From assembly GCA_958295745.1 (NCBI GenBank), contig OY282370.1:1031990-1095989 (forward strand): 64,000 nt of DNA, read 5' to 3'. The notes beneath the pieces are model-generated. The model had not been told where the DNA came from. It searched no databases and was given only the letters and a program-made list of their open reading frames with translations. How positions within the stretch are numbered: the stretch's first letter is position 1; each line of letters starts with the position of its first letter. Shown piece after piece: positions 7,792 to 17,453 of this stretch. The translations under genes and the position numbers were made by a program. This DNA is from an uncultured Acidimicrobiia bacterium. Its GTDB lineage: Bacteria > Actinomycetota > Acidimicrobiia > Spongiisociales > Spongiisociaceae.

Positions 7792-9657
7792 CTAGCCGGT
7801 GGCTGTGATAGGAGGGAGCAGGCAGGTTGCGTATTCGTAGGGTGGTTGCGCCACGCCTGCGACGGCCACGCCGCTGATTGTGATCCTGTAGCAGGGATCG
7901 CCTACTGTTTCCAGGGCGGAGGGCTGGTTGTGGTGGACAGTCCACACGATTGCACTGACAGGGTAGCTATATAGGTGACTCTCGCGGGCTGTTATTTCTA
8001 CTTGGAGGGGTCCGGAATCGTCGGAGACAGCCACCTCCGCGCTGGAGAAGTCGGCATCGGTTAGCGAGAACGACCAGCGTGGCCACACGATTGGGGTAGG
8101 TATGTAGCCGGCGGGCGGCCATGAAACGAACCCGCGCCTCTCACGGACCGCGGACCGGTCGTCATATGAGTCCTGGAAGACATACAGAGCATTCGCGGTA
8201 TTCCCGTGGGAGTTGTCGTCGCCGGTGCCTATCTCTCGGAGGAAGGGGGAGAGTATCCAGCGTCGATGCCCAACTTTAGCGTTGTTGGTGCCGCTGTCCT
8301 CCATATATTGTGTGATGGCCTCTCTTCCTGAAGAACCTAAACCGAGGTTGCTTTTAGCGGCGGCTTCTGCGCCCAAGGGGGTGTAGCAGGCCCAGTCTTC
8401 TCCTGGATGGTGTGATAAGTCACCTTGTGCCGCCATCATCTTTGCTGCTTGTTGCGCGGCTGCTGAATACTCGGTCCGTTCTGTGGTATTGGCTTCCACC
8501 CCGGCAATTCGGCGATACCAGTTCACCCGTTGCACCACGCTGTCTCGAAAGGCTTGGCTGGTGGTTCCCGCAGAGCAACCGTCGGGGTCGCCGGTATAAC
8601 CAGGGTCGGGTCTTACGCTGTTGAATTCGTTCAGGTAGGCGAAGTGAACCGAGGAGCGATCCCAAGTGTCGAACCCCGGGACGGGTACACGAGCGTCCGA
8701 GACCATGGTCCTAGCCAGCGGCGCCGATACGAGGCTGCCCGGGCCCTCATCACTGCGGGCCGCGTCCTGGCGCACCCGCACCATCACTGTGCCTTCATCG
8801 GCTGGCACGATCACAGCCCTATAGGTAGAACCCGAACCCCTGAGCAGATCTACGCTGCCGTTGACAACACGGACGTCATCCGCCGCGAAGCCCGTCACCT
8901 CCTCGCTGAAGGTGATCTCCACCTCGAACGGACCGGTCACCTGCTCCGGCGCGGAAGAGCCGATCCTCACCGACAAGATATACGCGGGTGGTGACGGCTT
9001 GGCCACGAGACCCAAAGCGCGGGCAACGAAACTCGCCATCTGCGCCCTGGTGGTGGCATCACCCGGACAATACGCCGGGCTGAGATCGCATCCTACGGTA
9101 ATACCCGATGCGGCCAGCGCGCTGATATTGCCGCTATGCGTGTTGTCACGGACATCGACGAACACCGATGGAGGCCCGCTGGCCAACCCGAAGGCGCGCC
9201 CCAGGAACGACGCCATCTGCGCCCGGGTAACAGACTCCTCGGGACAGTAACGTTCGTGCGAACAGCCCCTGGTGACACCTAACTCGGCGAGGCGTTCCAC
9301 ATAAGGCAACCACCACTCACCGGCGGCGGCCACATCGACGAATCGCGTGGACTGTACTGCGGGGGGTTCCACACCGTCGATCACCCGCACCAGCCAAACC
9401 GCCATCACCCACCGTTCGATCGGATCGCCGGGACAAAAGGCTTCCGGAGCGCATTGTGTTCCCGACAAGATCCCCTGAGCTGCGAGCGCGTCGATGGCCG
9501 CTTTATGCACTCCCGCCCCGCCTGTATCAGTAAACCCCTCAGACGTGCCAGCGGCGGGGCTGAGCACAACGGACCCCGCCGCCAGAACCGCAGCCACCCA
9601 CACAAAGCCGCCGCGACCAGCAAGCCATCCCCGACCGAGCCGGGACCTGTCAACCAT
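7792..9657 (-). CDS. secreted protein with three N-terminal SLH (S-layer homology) domains and a C-terminal CAP/SCP (PR-1-like) domain
   Basis: ORF 7792..9711. Likely start is Met19 (MVDRSRLGRGWLAG...VLSPAAG signal). Three SLH repeats (...FCPGDPIERWVMAVWLVRVI, ...CSHERYCPEESVTRAQMASFLGRAF, ...LSPAYCPGDATTRAQMASFVARAL). The CAP-like segment is AAAQQAAKMMAAQGDLSHHPG...GHRRWILSP. A 16-bp direct repeat near the 5' end duplicates FWSC in the unlikely N-terminal extension. Confidence 0.7.
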   Translation of the reverse strand: MVDRSRLGRGWLAGRGGFVWVAAVLAAGSVVLSPAAGTSEGFTDTGGAGVHKAAIDALAAQGILSGTQCAPEAFCPGDPIERWVMAVWLVRVIDGVEPPAVQSTRFVDVAAAGEWWLPYVERLAELGVTRGCSHERYCPEESVTRAQMASFLGRAFGLASGPPSVFVDVRDNTHSGNISALAASGITVGCDLSPAYCPGDATTRAQMASFVARALGLVAKPSPPAYILSVRIGSSAPEQVTGPFEVEITFSEEVTGFAADDVRVVNGSVDLLRGSGSTYRAVIVPADEGTVMVRVRQDAARSDEGPGSLVSAPLARTMVSDARVPVPGFDTWDRSSVHFAYLNEFNSVRPDPGYTGDPDGCSAGTTSQAFRDSVVQRVNWYRRIAGVEANTTERTEYSAAAQQAAKMMAAQGDLSHHPGEDWACYTPLGAEAAAKSNLGLGSSGREAITQYMEDSGTNNAKVGHRRWILSPFLREIGTGDDNSHGNTANALYVFQDSYDDRSAVRERRGFVSWPPAGYIPTPIVWPRWSFSLTDADFSSAEVAVSDDSGPLQVEITARESHLYSYPVSAIVWTVHHNQPSALETVGDPCYRITISGVAVAGVAQPPYEYATCLLPPITATG

Positions 9658-10187
9658 ATAGCAACTCCAAAAACCAGCCATACAGCAACTCCAAAAACTC
9701 GCTAGCATCAACTTTAGCCCCGGATTCAGCCCTCAGCCCCCAGGCCAGGTCACCGCGTTGGATCTAACGCCGTTGACAACGACCCACATTCGGTTCCCTC
9801 AAAGATACCCTCAGCGGCCAAAGCATCAACTGACGACTCGGAAACGGCTGACCCTCGATGTGGACACGATTGCATACCTCTCAGTTGGATACAGGTCAAG
9901 GGGACCGTCAAATCGCCGGGCCACCCTAGGCAGGCCACAACCAGACGGTAATTCAAAGACGGACCTTTGTTCGTGAGATGCCTCGACAGAGGACGGGGAA
10001 CCGCCAGGAACGCACCTTGCCAAGCACTTGGAGCGTATCAACTCGGAAGCCAACACTGTGTCGAGGTGCCTGACCCCTGACATATAGCCGAAAGAACCAC
10101 CCGGCGCAGCCGGGCCGACACCGGAAGCTTCGATCCCGGCCGGCGGCCAGCGCGGTCGAAAATCTCCGCAACCGGGCGGGGGGCGGT

Positions 10188-11003
10188 TCAGGCCGTTGCT
10201 CTGGCCAGGGCTTTGCGTAATTCGGCCTCGGGCAGGGGGCCCGCTCTGACTGCTTCGGCGGCCGGGCGCCCCTCGTGGAGCACCTCACGCAGCCACTCGG
10301 CTACCTGTTCCATCAGGTTCTGCGACTCTTCTACGGCGGCGGGGGTGAGAAGCCCGCCGTGGCCGGGGACCACCGTCGGCCTAAGGGTGGGGAGGGCAAC
10401 GGTCAGGGTGGCCGGCCAGTCGAAGGGATAGCTGTCCCCCATCTTCGGCGGCTCTCCCTCCTCCACTAGGTCTCCCATGAAGGTGACCTCGCCGCAGTGG
10501 ATCAGGATGTCGCCGTCGGTGTGCCCCCGCCCGTGGTAGGCGGCTTCCACCTGCCGGCCGCCTACATCGACGGCGGCGAGGGCTTCGAAGGTCCGGGCGG
10601 GCGGGACTATCTCCACCCGGTCGATCTCGCCCCAGCGGTCTTCGGGCATCCATTTGCGGGCGTCTTCTCGGTGCTGGACGGGGTGATCCAGCAACATCCG
10701 CCGACAGGTTCGGTGACCCCAGACGACGGCGTCCGGGAAGGCGGCGTTGCCGAAGACGTGGTCCCAATGCCAGTGGGTGTTGACGACCCACCGCACCGGC
10801 TTGGGGGTGAGGGTGCGGAGCTCACCGGCCAGCTCCTCGGCGGCTTCACGGCTCTCTCGCGAGTCGATGAGCAGCACCCCATCTTCGCCGATCACCACCC
10901 CGATGTTCGACCGGAGAAAGGGGAACCGGCGCCGGAAGACGCCCTCGGACAATTCCTCGAACATGTCCTTGAGCATACGATGCGGGGCGTTTTTCCCGAG
11001 CAT
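10188..11003 (-). CDS. MBL-fold metallo-hydrolase
   Basis: 271 aa. THWHWDH (HxHxDH) motif and downstream His/Asp ligands (GHTDGD, HGG). Confidence 0.8.
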   Translation of the reverse strand: MLGKNAPHRMLKDMFEELSEGVFRRRFPFLRSNIGVVIGEDGVLLIDSRESREAAEELAGELRTLTPKPVRWVVNTHWHWDHVFGNAAFPDAVVWGHRTCRRMLLDHPVQHREDARKWMPEDRWGEIDRVEIVPPARTFEALAAVDVGGRQVEAAYHGRGHTDGDILIHCGEVTFMGDLVEEGEPPKMGDSYPFDWPATLTVALPTLRPTVVPGHGGLLTPAAVEESQNLMEQVAEWLREVLHEGRPAAEAVRAGPLPEAELRKALARATA

Positions 11004-11110
11004 CGCCCTAGCTGCACACCCGGCCGCCGGCCCTCGGATTCGGGCAAGATGAACATACCGAGTGTCCGAGTGTGCCGAACCGCCCGCCGTCAGGCATCAT
11101 AGGGGCTGAC

Positions 11111-12115
11111 ATGCCGACCAACGTATCCCCCGAATACAAGAAGGCAGAGGCCGGATACAAAACCGCCCGGGAACCTCGGGAACGGCTGGTGGCCCTGCGC
11201 GAGATGCTGCGCACCATCCCCAAGCACAAGGGCACCGAGCACCTGCAGGCGGACATCAAGACCAAGATCAAAGAGCTGACCGTGGAGCTGTCGGGGCCCA
11301 GGAAGGGAGGAGCGCGCGGCGGCCCGGTCTACACCATCCGACCCGAAGGCGCCGGCCAGATCGCCCTCCTGGGGCCTCCCAACAGCGGCAAGTCCACCCT
11401 CCACCACGCACTGACCGGGTCGGGGGCGGCCACCGGCCCTTATCCGTTCACCACCCAACACCCTCGGCCGGGGATGATCCCCGTGGAGGACGTAGGCATC
11501 CAGCTGATCGACCTGCCCCCGATAGCCGAACGGCATCCATTGCCCTGGATCGCCAACGCCCTCCAGCCGGCCGACGGGGCCCTGCTGGTGGTCGATCTGT
11601 CACTGCCGGGGTGTGCGGCGGCGGTGGAGGAGCTGGTGCTGCTGCTCGCCGGGCGGAAGGTCCACCTGACCGGGGAATGGCCGAGGGGCGCAGCGCCGCC
11701 TCCGGAACCGGAGGACCTGTTCACCAAGCGGCTCCCGTCCGCGCTGGTGGCCGCCCAAGCGGAGCTGCTGGATTCGGCCGAGGAGGAAGCCGACGTCCTG
11801 CTGGAGCTGGTCGAACTGGATCTGCCGGTCCTGCGGGCGTCGGCGGCGGAGGAGGAGATCGACCACCTAGGAGCCTGGTTGTTCGACGCCCTCGGGGTGG
11901 TGCGGGTATACACGGAGACGGCGGCGAAGAAGCGGGACGACCGCCCCTACACCATACGGCGCGGCCAGACGGTGCAAGACGTGGCCGCTCTGATCCACAA
12001 GGACTTCGCCAGGGATCTCAAGTTCGCCCGGCTGATGCGGCCGGGCCGGCCCGACCGGCGGGTGGGGCGCGCCTTCCCTTTGGAGGACGGCGACCGCATC
12101 GCGATACACGCCTGA
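11111..12115 (+). CDS. OBG-superfamily GTPase of the DRG type with C-terminal TGS domain
   Basis: ORF 11072..12115, start at MPTNVSPEYKK (11111). The N-terminal helix ...KGTEHLQADIKTKIKELTVEL resembles the DRG N-terminus. G1 is GPPNSGKSTL and G3 is DLPP. The C-terminal end GQTVQDVAALIHKDFARDLKFARLM...GDRIAI is TGS-like. Confidence 0.6.
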   Translation: MPTNVSPEYKKAEAGYKTAREPRERLVALREMLRTIPKHKGTEHLQADIKTKIKELTVELSGPRKGGARGGPVYTIRPEGAGQIALLGPPNSGKSTLHHALTGSGAATGPYPFTTQHPRPGMIPVEDVGIQLIDLPPIAERHPLPWIANALQPADGALLVVDLSLPGCAAAVEELVLLLAGRKVHLTGEWPRGAAPPPEPEDLFTKRLPSALVAAQAELLDSAEEEADVLLELVELDLPVLRASAAEEEIDHLGAWLFDALGVVRVYTETAAKKRDDRPYTIRRGQTVQDVAALIHKDFARDLKFARLMRPGRPDRRVGRAFPLEDGDRIAIHA

Positions 12116-12239
12116 GACCCTCCCCTTCAGCAGAACCGCAACGTCCTCGTTTCGTTCGGAAGAGGCGAAAGGGGCCTTTGAACACCGAACCGCTGACCCG
12201 TGAACACCGCCGCGGCCCGCGCCCTCGGAGGCTCTGCTG

Positions 12240-13622
12240 CTACGGCCCTGTCGAGCTCGTGTATCCGTGGGGCAGGTTGTCGAACCGGGTGAAGCGGTCG
12301 GCGAAGGTGGTCTTGACCACTCCGGTGGGGCCGGCCCGCTGTTTGGCGATGATGATGTCGGCCATACCCTTCTCCGTGGTGTTGGGGTTGTAGTACTCGT
12401 CTCGGTAGATCATCAGCACCACGTCGGCGTCCTGTTCGATAGCGCCCGACTCCCTGAGGTCGCCGAGCTGGGGCCGTTTGTCGCTGCGGGTCTCCAATGC
12501 CCGGTTCAGCTGGGAAACGGCGATCACCGGCACGTCCAGCTCCCGGGCCAGGGTCTTGAGGTTGAGGCTGATGTCGGCGATTTCCTGCTGGCGGTTCTCG
12601 CGGTTGCGGGCGTGCATCAGCTGCAGGTAGTCCACTACCACCATCTCCAACCCGGCCTTGCGTTTCAGACGCCGGCATTTGGCGCGTATCTCGGTGACCG
12701 TGCGCGACCCCTCGTCCGCATACAGCGGCACCTCGTAGAGGGCCGAGGAGGTATTGATCAACGTCGTCCACATCCGGTCCGGTATCCCGCCCCCTCCTCC
12801 GGATTGCAGCCGCATAGAGTCGACCCTCGCTTCGGACCCCAACCAGCGGTAGGCGATCTCCATCGGGGACATCTCCATGCTGAAGAAGGCCACCGTACCG
12901 TATTTGACGGCCACATGGCCGGCGATGTTCATGGCCAGGGCGCTCTTGCCCATCCCCGGACGGCCCGCCACCACCGTCAGGGTCGAGGGGCGCAGACCCC
13001 CCAACTTGCGGTCGAGGTCGGTAAGCCCGGTGGTGAGGCCGGCGACTTCCAGGCCTTGCGCCTCCACCTGCTCCAGCCGCTCCAGCACCTTCGACAGCAG
13101 GCTTCCCAATATCTCGAAGCCGTCGCCCGCCCGGCTTTCCGCCACTCTCAGCATCCGCTGCTCGGCCATGTCCAACAAGTCGTCTATGTCCATGTCCAGA
13201 TCCATGGCCAGCTCGGTGATGCGGGTGCTGGCCTCCAGCATCCCCCGGCGCAGGGCGTGGCCCTCCACGACCTCGATGTAGTAGCCCACGTTGGCGGCGG
13301 AGGGCACCGCATCCCAGAACCCCACCACGAAACTCCCCCCGCCGGCCCGGTCCAGCTCGCCGCTCCGATGCAGCCGGTCGACCACGGTTACGGTGTCGAT
13401 CGGCTGGTTATCGTCGTACAGGCGGCGCATCGCCTCGTAGATCGTGCGGTGGGCGGGAACGTAGAAGTCCTCGGCCACCAGCTGGTCGAACACCTCGTCG
13501 GCGGCCGACCTGGAGCGCAGCACCGCGCCCAGTATCGACTCCTCCGCCTCCACGGAATGAGGCGGAACCCTCTGCGCCCTCGCGGCGGGCGGAGGAGCGG
13601 ACGGCCAGTCTGTCAAGGTCAT
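12240..13622 (-). CDS. dnaB: replicative DNA helicase DnaB
   Basis: ORF 12240..13652, likely start Met11 (MTLTDW...). N-terminal DnaB domain (SVEAEESILGAVL). Walker A GRPGMGKSALAMNIA. No intein. Confidence 0.85.
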   Translation of the reverse strand: MTLTDWPSAPPPAARAQRVPPHSVEAEESILGAVLRSRSAADEVFDQLVAEDFYVPAHRTIYEAMRRLYDDNQPIDTVTVVDRLHRSGELDRAGGGSFVVGFWDAVPSAANVGYYIEVVEGHALRRGMLEASTRITELAMDLDMDIDDLLDMAEQRMLRVAESRAGDGFEILGSLLSKVLERLEQVEAQGLEVAGLTTGLTDLDRKLGGLRPSTLTVVAGRPGMGKSALAMNIAGHVAVKYGTVAFFSMEMSPMEIAYRWLGSEARVDSMRLQSGGGGGIPDRMWTTLINTSSALYEVPLYADEGSRTVTEIRAKCRRLKRKAGLEMVVVDYLQLMHARNRENRQQEIADISLNLKTLARELDVPVIAVSQLNRALETRSDKRPQLGDLRESGAIEQDADVVLMIYRDEYYNPNTTEKGMADIIIAKQRAGPTGVVKTTFADRFTRFDNLPHGYTSSTGP

Positions 13623-14016
13623 CGCGAACCCCTCATACCGAGATCCCCGCAACCGGGCTCTGATCGTTCATCGCGGCTCCTGTGTCTTTCCGTTTCTTCT
13701 TCACACATTCATACCGTTCGGGTGTGACATCTTTTGTCCACCCGGGGGTGCCGCCCGTCTCCCGGCGCCTTCCCGCCCCCGGCAGGGCAGGCAGAACCCC
13801 GCTTGAGAGGGGAAGCACCCCACCGGCTCGAGCCGGGCGCGGGCAACCCACCAAGGGAAGCGGGGGAAGTGAAGCGGGGAAAGCGTCCGGCGCGGCGGGT
13901 TCCACCCCGATGCCGTACCGGACTCAGCCTACGCGGCCCGGCAGCCCCGAAGACCTTTGGAGCGGCCCCAACTTTTCGCGTTCTCGACTTTTTCGGGCAA
14001 CCCCGGCCCGGCCGGT

Positions 14017-14463
14017 CTAGGCGGGTATCACATCCAGCACCAAGGGGAAGATCACCTCCGGATCGAGGGTGATATTCACCTCGTGGAACCCTATCGTCTT
14101 TATCGGCTCCGGCAGGGTCACCATCTTCCGATCCAGGGTGACCTGGGACAGGCTGCGCACCGCATCGATGACCTCGGACACCCCGATCGAGCCGAACAGC
14201 CTGCCCTCGTCACCGGTCCGGGCGGCGATGACGATCCGGGTGTCGGCGAGCTGCAGCCGCAGGTTCTCGGCGGCTTCGAGTTCCCGGCGGCGGGCGGCCT
14301 CGACCGCCCTCCGGGCTTCCTGTATCTGGCGGATCATCCCGGTGGTGGCCTTGGCGGCCAGCCCCTTGGGCAACAAGAAGTTGCGCCCGTACCCGTCCGA
14401 CACCTCCACCACGTCGCCCTTGGCGCCGAGGGTGTCGACGTCGGTGTTGAGCACCAGCCTCAT
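14017..14463 (-). CDS. rplI: 50S ribosomal protein L9
   Basis: ORF 14017..14547. True start is [36 protein letters not shown] at 14463, abutting the rpsR stop. Confidence 0.85.
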   Translation of the reverse strand: MRLVLNTDVDTLGAKGDVVEVSDGYGRNFLLPKGLAAKATTGMIRQIQEARRAVEAARRRELEAAENLRLQLADTRIVIAARTGDEGRLFGSIGVSEVIDAVRSLSQVTLDRKMVTLPEPIKTIGFHEVNITLDPEVIFPLVLDVIPA

Positions 14464-14744
14464 CGCTGGCTCCCCGTGTATGGGAGGAGCGCCATCTCGC
14501 GGGCGTTCTTGACGGCGGAGGCCACCCGGCGCTGATACTGGGCGCAAGCCCCGGTCACCCGGCGTGAGCGTATCTTCCCGCGGTCCGAGACGAACCGCCG
14601 CAAGGTGGCCACGTCCTTGTAGTCGACGTAGGGAACCCGGGTGTTGTCACACTTCATCTGGCGGCAGCCCGGGCAGGCCCGCTTGCGGATCGTCTTGGGC
14701 CCGCGGGAACGCCGCCGCCGCCGGGTAGGGGTTCTTCTTGCCAT
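14460..14744 (-). CDS. rpsR: 30S ribosomal protein S18
   Basis: 94 aa. ...[42 protein letters not shown]... typical S18. Confidence 0.85.
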   Translation of the reverse strand: MARRTPTRRRRRSRGPKTIRKRACPGCRQMKCDNTRVPYVDYKDVATLRRFVSDRGKIRSRRVTGACAQYQRRVASAVKNAREMALLPYTGSQR

Positions 14745-14760
14745 GATGCTCGCTTCCTCC

Positions 14761-15240
14761 TCAGAAGGGGGCCTCGTCGGGCCCGACTTTCTCGCGGGCC
14801 ACCGGACCCGCCGGACGTGAAGACTGCCGGCCGCCGCCGCTCCCCCGGCCGCCGCCGCCCCAGCTGCCGCCGCCGCCGCGGGATTCGGACCGGGTCACCG
14901 AGGCGGTGGCCCAGCGCAGGCTCGGCCCGATCTCGTCGATGGTTATCTCCACCACGGAGCGGCGCTCGCCCTGCTCGGTCTCCCACGAGCGTTGCTGCAG
15001 CCGTCCGTTGACCAGTACCCGAGTCCCCTTCCGCAGCGACTCCGACACGTTCTCGGCCATGTCCCGCCAACAGGTGGCGGTGAAGAAACTGACCTCTTCC
15101 TGAAAATCGTTGATGTTCCGGTCGAACCACCGGCGGTTGACCGCCAACCGCAGCTTGGCCATGGCCACCCCGGAGGGGGTGAACCGCAGCTCCGGGTCCT
15201 CCACCAGATTCCCTACCACTGTCACTGTGTTGTCCGGCAT
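14761..15240 (-). CDS. ssb: single-stranded DNA-binding protein
   Basis: 159 aa. OB fold ([31 protein letters not shown]). Gly-rich tail ending DEAPF. Confidence 0.85.
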   Translation of the reverse strand: MPDNTVTVVGNLVEDPELRFTPSGVAMAKLRLAVNRRWFDRNINDFQEEVSFFTATCWRDMAENVSESLRKGTRVLVNGRLQQRSWETEQGERRSVVEITIDEIGPSLRWATASVTRSESRGGGGSWGGGGRGSGGGRQSSRPAGPVAREKVGPDEAPF

Positions 15241-15319
15241 TGTCCTTCCAATCTGTCGTTCGGATCGATTGCTCGGTCACACCGTACGACGGGGGTGTGA
15301 CAGATTCGGGACGGGGGAC

Positions 15320-15637
15320 CTACTCCGGACGGTTTCCGCGCCGGGCGGGGCGGATGTCCGGCCGGATGATCTTGTGCCGCAATACCGAATCCGAGAGGCT
15401 CAAAGCCCTGTTCAGACGGTCGACGTGGTTGGACTCCCCCTCGAAGGTGAGCACCGTGTAGTAGCCCTCGACGGCCTTGTCGATCTCGTAGGCGAGGCGG
15501 CGCTTGCCCCAGAAATCGATGTCGGAGACCGAAGCCCCCTCCTCGGTCAGGAACCTCTCCAGCACCTTCGATTCCCGCCGCGCCTCGGCTTCGGCCAGCT
15601 CGGGCCGGTGAATGGTCATGAGCTCATAGGTGCGCAT
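15320..15637 (-). CDS. rpsF: 30S ribosomal protein S6
   Basis: 105 aa. MRTYELMTIHRPELAEAEARRESKVLERFL...GKRRLAYEI. Conserved rpsF-ssb-rpsR-rplI order. Confidence 0.85.
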   Translation of the reverse strand: MRTYELMTIHRPELAEAEARRESKVLERFLTEEGASVSDIDFWGKRRLAYEIDKAVEGYYTVLTFEGESNHVDRLNRALSLSDSVLRHKIIRPDIRPARRGNRPE

Positions 15638-15873
15638 GGATGCGCATCACCTCCTTCGGACATCCCGGCCGGGACTCGGCCCGGGAAGGCACCCCTCTGC
15701 GGGTGCAGGATCGGTTCGTTGTGATCACCGCCCGGCGCGCACGGCGGTCGGTGCGCCGCAAGTATAGGTTCGTCTGAGGCCGATACACCAAAGTGCGGGG
15801 CGGCCGTTCCCTCCGGCGGGCGCCGCCTCCTCCCTCGGAACGCTGAAAGCACATGAAGGATCGAGGCCGGGGA

Positions 15874-16797
15874 TCACGGACGGGCCTCGATCCTCACCTC
15901 GAAGATGTTGGGCCAGCGCTTGCCGGCCAGGTAGAAGACCCCGCGGTCCGGGTCGTAGGCGATCCCGTTCAGGACGTTGCCGGGGTCGTCCGCCAGAACG
16001 CCCGGGGGCAGCTCGTCGAGGAGGGCGGAGGCATCTACGACCGCCTCCACCAGGCCCGAAACGGCGTCGATCGCCAATATCTCCTCCGTCAGCCAGACGT
16101 TGGCGTAGACCAGACCGCCTACGCACTCGAGCTCGTTGAGCCTCTCCACCGGCTCACCGTCCGCCAGACGCACCGGTATCTCCCCGCCTATGACCTCGAA
16201 GGTCTCCAGGTCCCGGACGGTCAGGCTCGACGAGCCGTCGCTCATCACGAACCGGTCTTCGAAGGCGCACAGCCCCCAGCCTTCCCCCTCGTAGGTGTAG
16301 CGGCCGAGCGGGGCCAGCGTCTCGGCGTCCCACACGAAGGCGGTTCCCTCCCGCCAGGTCAGCTGGACGACGCGGTTCCCCACCACTTCCAGGCCTTCCC
16401 CGAAGTAACCGTCCTCCAAGGCCCGGGAGGAGAGGACCTCCCCGGTGTCCGGCGCGATGATCCGCACCGTGGATTCACCGTAGAGGCCGGTGCTCTCGTA
16501 GAACAGCCCGTCGTGGAGCGCCAAGCCCTGGGTGAAGGCCTCCGGGTCGTGGGGAAGGGCGCGCAGTATCGAGATCACCGGCCGCCCGGACAGGACCGAA
16601 GCCGCGGTGTCGGCGGGCCGGACGGGGACCGTGGTCGGAGCGGCGGCGGTTACCGGGACGGCGACGGTTGCCGGAGCGGTCATTGTTGATGCGGGGCTTG
16701 GCCGAGAGGGCTCCGTACAAGCCGCCAGGAGGGTGCAGACGAGGAGCGCGGCGCAAAAACCCGCCCCGCCCGGCCGCCGCCCCCGAAGGGCCCTCAT
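15874..16797 (-). CDS. glutaminyl-peptide cyclotransferase-like (glutamine cyclotransferase beta-propeller) lipoprotein
   Basis: 307 aa. Lipoprotein signal LLVCTLLAAC and Thr/Ala/Pro linker. Then HDPEAFTQGL...FYESTGLYGES...QLTW...YEGEGWGL...ANVW motifs of the bacterial/plant glutamine cyclotransferase family. Confidence 0.6.
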   Translation of the reverse strand: MRALRGRRPGGAGFCAALLVCTLLAACTEPSRPSPASTMTAPATVAVPVTAAAPTTVPVRPADTAASVLSGRPVISILRALPHDPEAFTQGLALHDGLFYESTGLYGESTVRIIAPDTGEVLSSRALEDGYFGEGLEVVGNRVVQLTWREGTAFVWDAETLAPLGRYTYEGEGWGLCAFEDRFVMSDGSSSLTVRDLETFEVIGGEIPVRLADGEPVERLNELECVGGLVYANVWLTEEILAIDAVSGLVEAVVDASALLDELPPGVLADDPGNVLNGIAYDPDRGVFYLAGKRWPNIFEVRIEARP

Positions 16798-17009
16798 CCG
16801 GCGGCGGGGTTTATCAGTCTGCCGTCATCGTCAAATCGGTATCCATCGGGCATGTTGGCCAGCAGAGCATCCATCCTCTCGGCCCGTAAATCGTCGAACT
16901 CCCCATCAGCAAAGCGGCCGGCTAGCTGTTCGAGTTCCTCGATGCCCTCGTAGATGTCGTCTGCCTCATGGGGCCGGCTGCGCTCGCTTTGACGTATAAC
17001 TGAAGTCAT
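16794..17009 (-). CDS. hypothetical small acidic protein (71 aa)
   Basis: ORF only. Its ATGA overlap with the downstream cyclotransferase gene start suggests translational coupling. Confidence 0.3.
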   Translation of the reverse strand: MTSVIRQSERSRPHEADDIYEGIEELEQLAGRFADGEFDDLRAERMDALLANMPDGYRFDDDGRLINPAAG

Positions 17010-17068
17010 GTGCTCATCACCCTAGCCTCTTTATCCGCTTTCGCAACTCTGATTATGCTCTCTATCGG

Positions 17069-17341
17069 TCATGGCTGCTTATTCCCTTTTTGTTTGTCAT
17101 TATTGATAAGGTTTTCCATCTCTTGAACAAACTTACCCGTAGCAATAGCAGCATCTAGGCTGATTATATACTCGTCGTTTATAATTTTTTCCCAGTCTCT
17201 TTGGAGCGCGTGCCTATCTGCCTCCGTACTCGAATCAAAACGCCTGCGCCTATTCAGCTTGGTTCCCAAATCTACAAGCCTCGCCATCCCATCCAGAAGA
17301 GGTGCCTTAGGTCGTCGCGGCATGCGAGCTAGTCCACTCAT
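17069..17341 (-). CDS. hypothetical small basic protein (90 aa) in a low-GC islet
   Basis: ORF only. Local GC is markedly lower than the surroundings (17040-17400). No family recognised. Confidence 0.3.
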   Translation of the reverse strand: MSGLARMPRRPKAPLLDGMARLVDLGTKLNRRRRFDSSTEADRHALQRDWEKIINDEYIISLDAAIATGKFVQEMENLINNDKQKGNKQP

Positions 17342-17453
17342 ACAAGTACTCCTTCCAATAGGCAGATATCCGGGGCGCCGAGTTGTGGATAGAGATGGAG
17401 ACTATACCCCTCTCTCGACTATCCTGCGGGGCCTTCTGGCATATAGAGGTGCG

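Noticed and set aside
9712-10187. 476-bp gap between the SLH-CAP gene and the MBL hydrolase gene, scanned for tRNA/ncRNA
   Set aside because: No cloverleaf-compatible sequence (no GTTCRA T-loop with matching acceptor stem) and no obvious conserved structure. Treated as a divergent/convergent promoter-terminator region.
12127-13727. ORFs 12267..13727 (+) and 12127..12771 (-) overlapping dnaB
   Set aside because: Shadow ORFs. The dnaB frame has Walker A and N-terminal helicase-loader interaction domain.
13653-14016. ORF 13633..13905 (minus, 90 aa) in the dnaB upstream region
   Set aside because: Pro/Ala/Gly-rich with no start context. It lies in the expected dnaB leader/promoter region.
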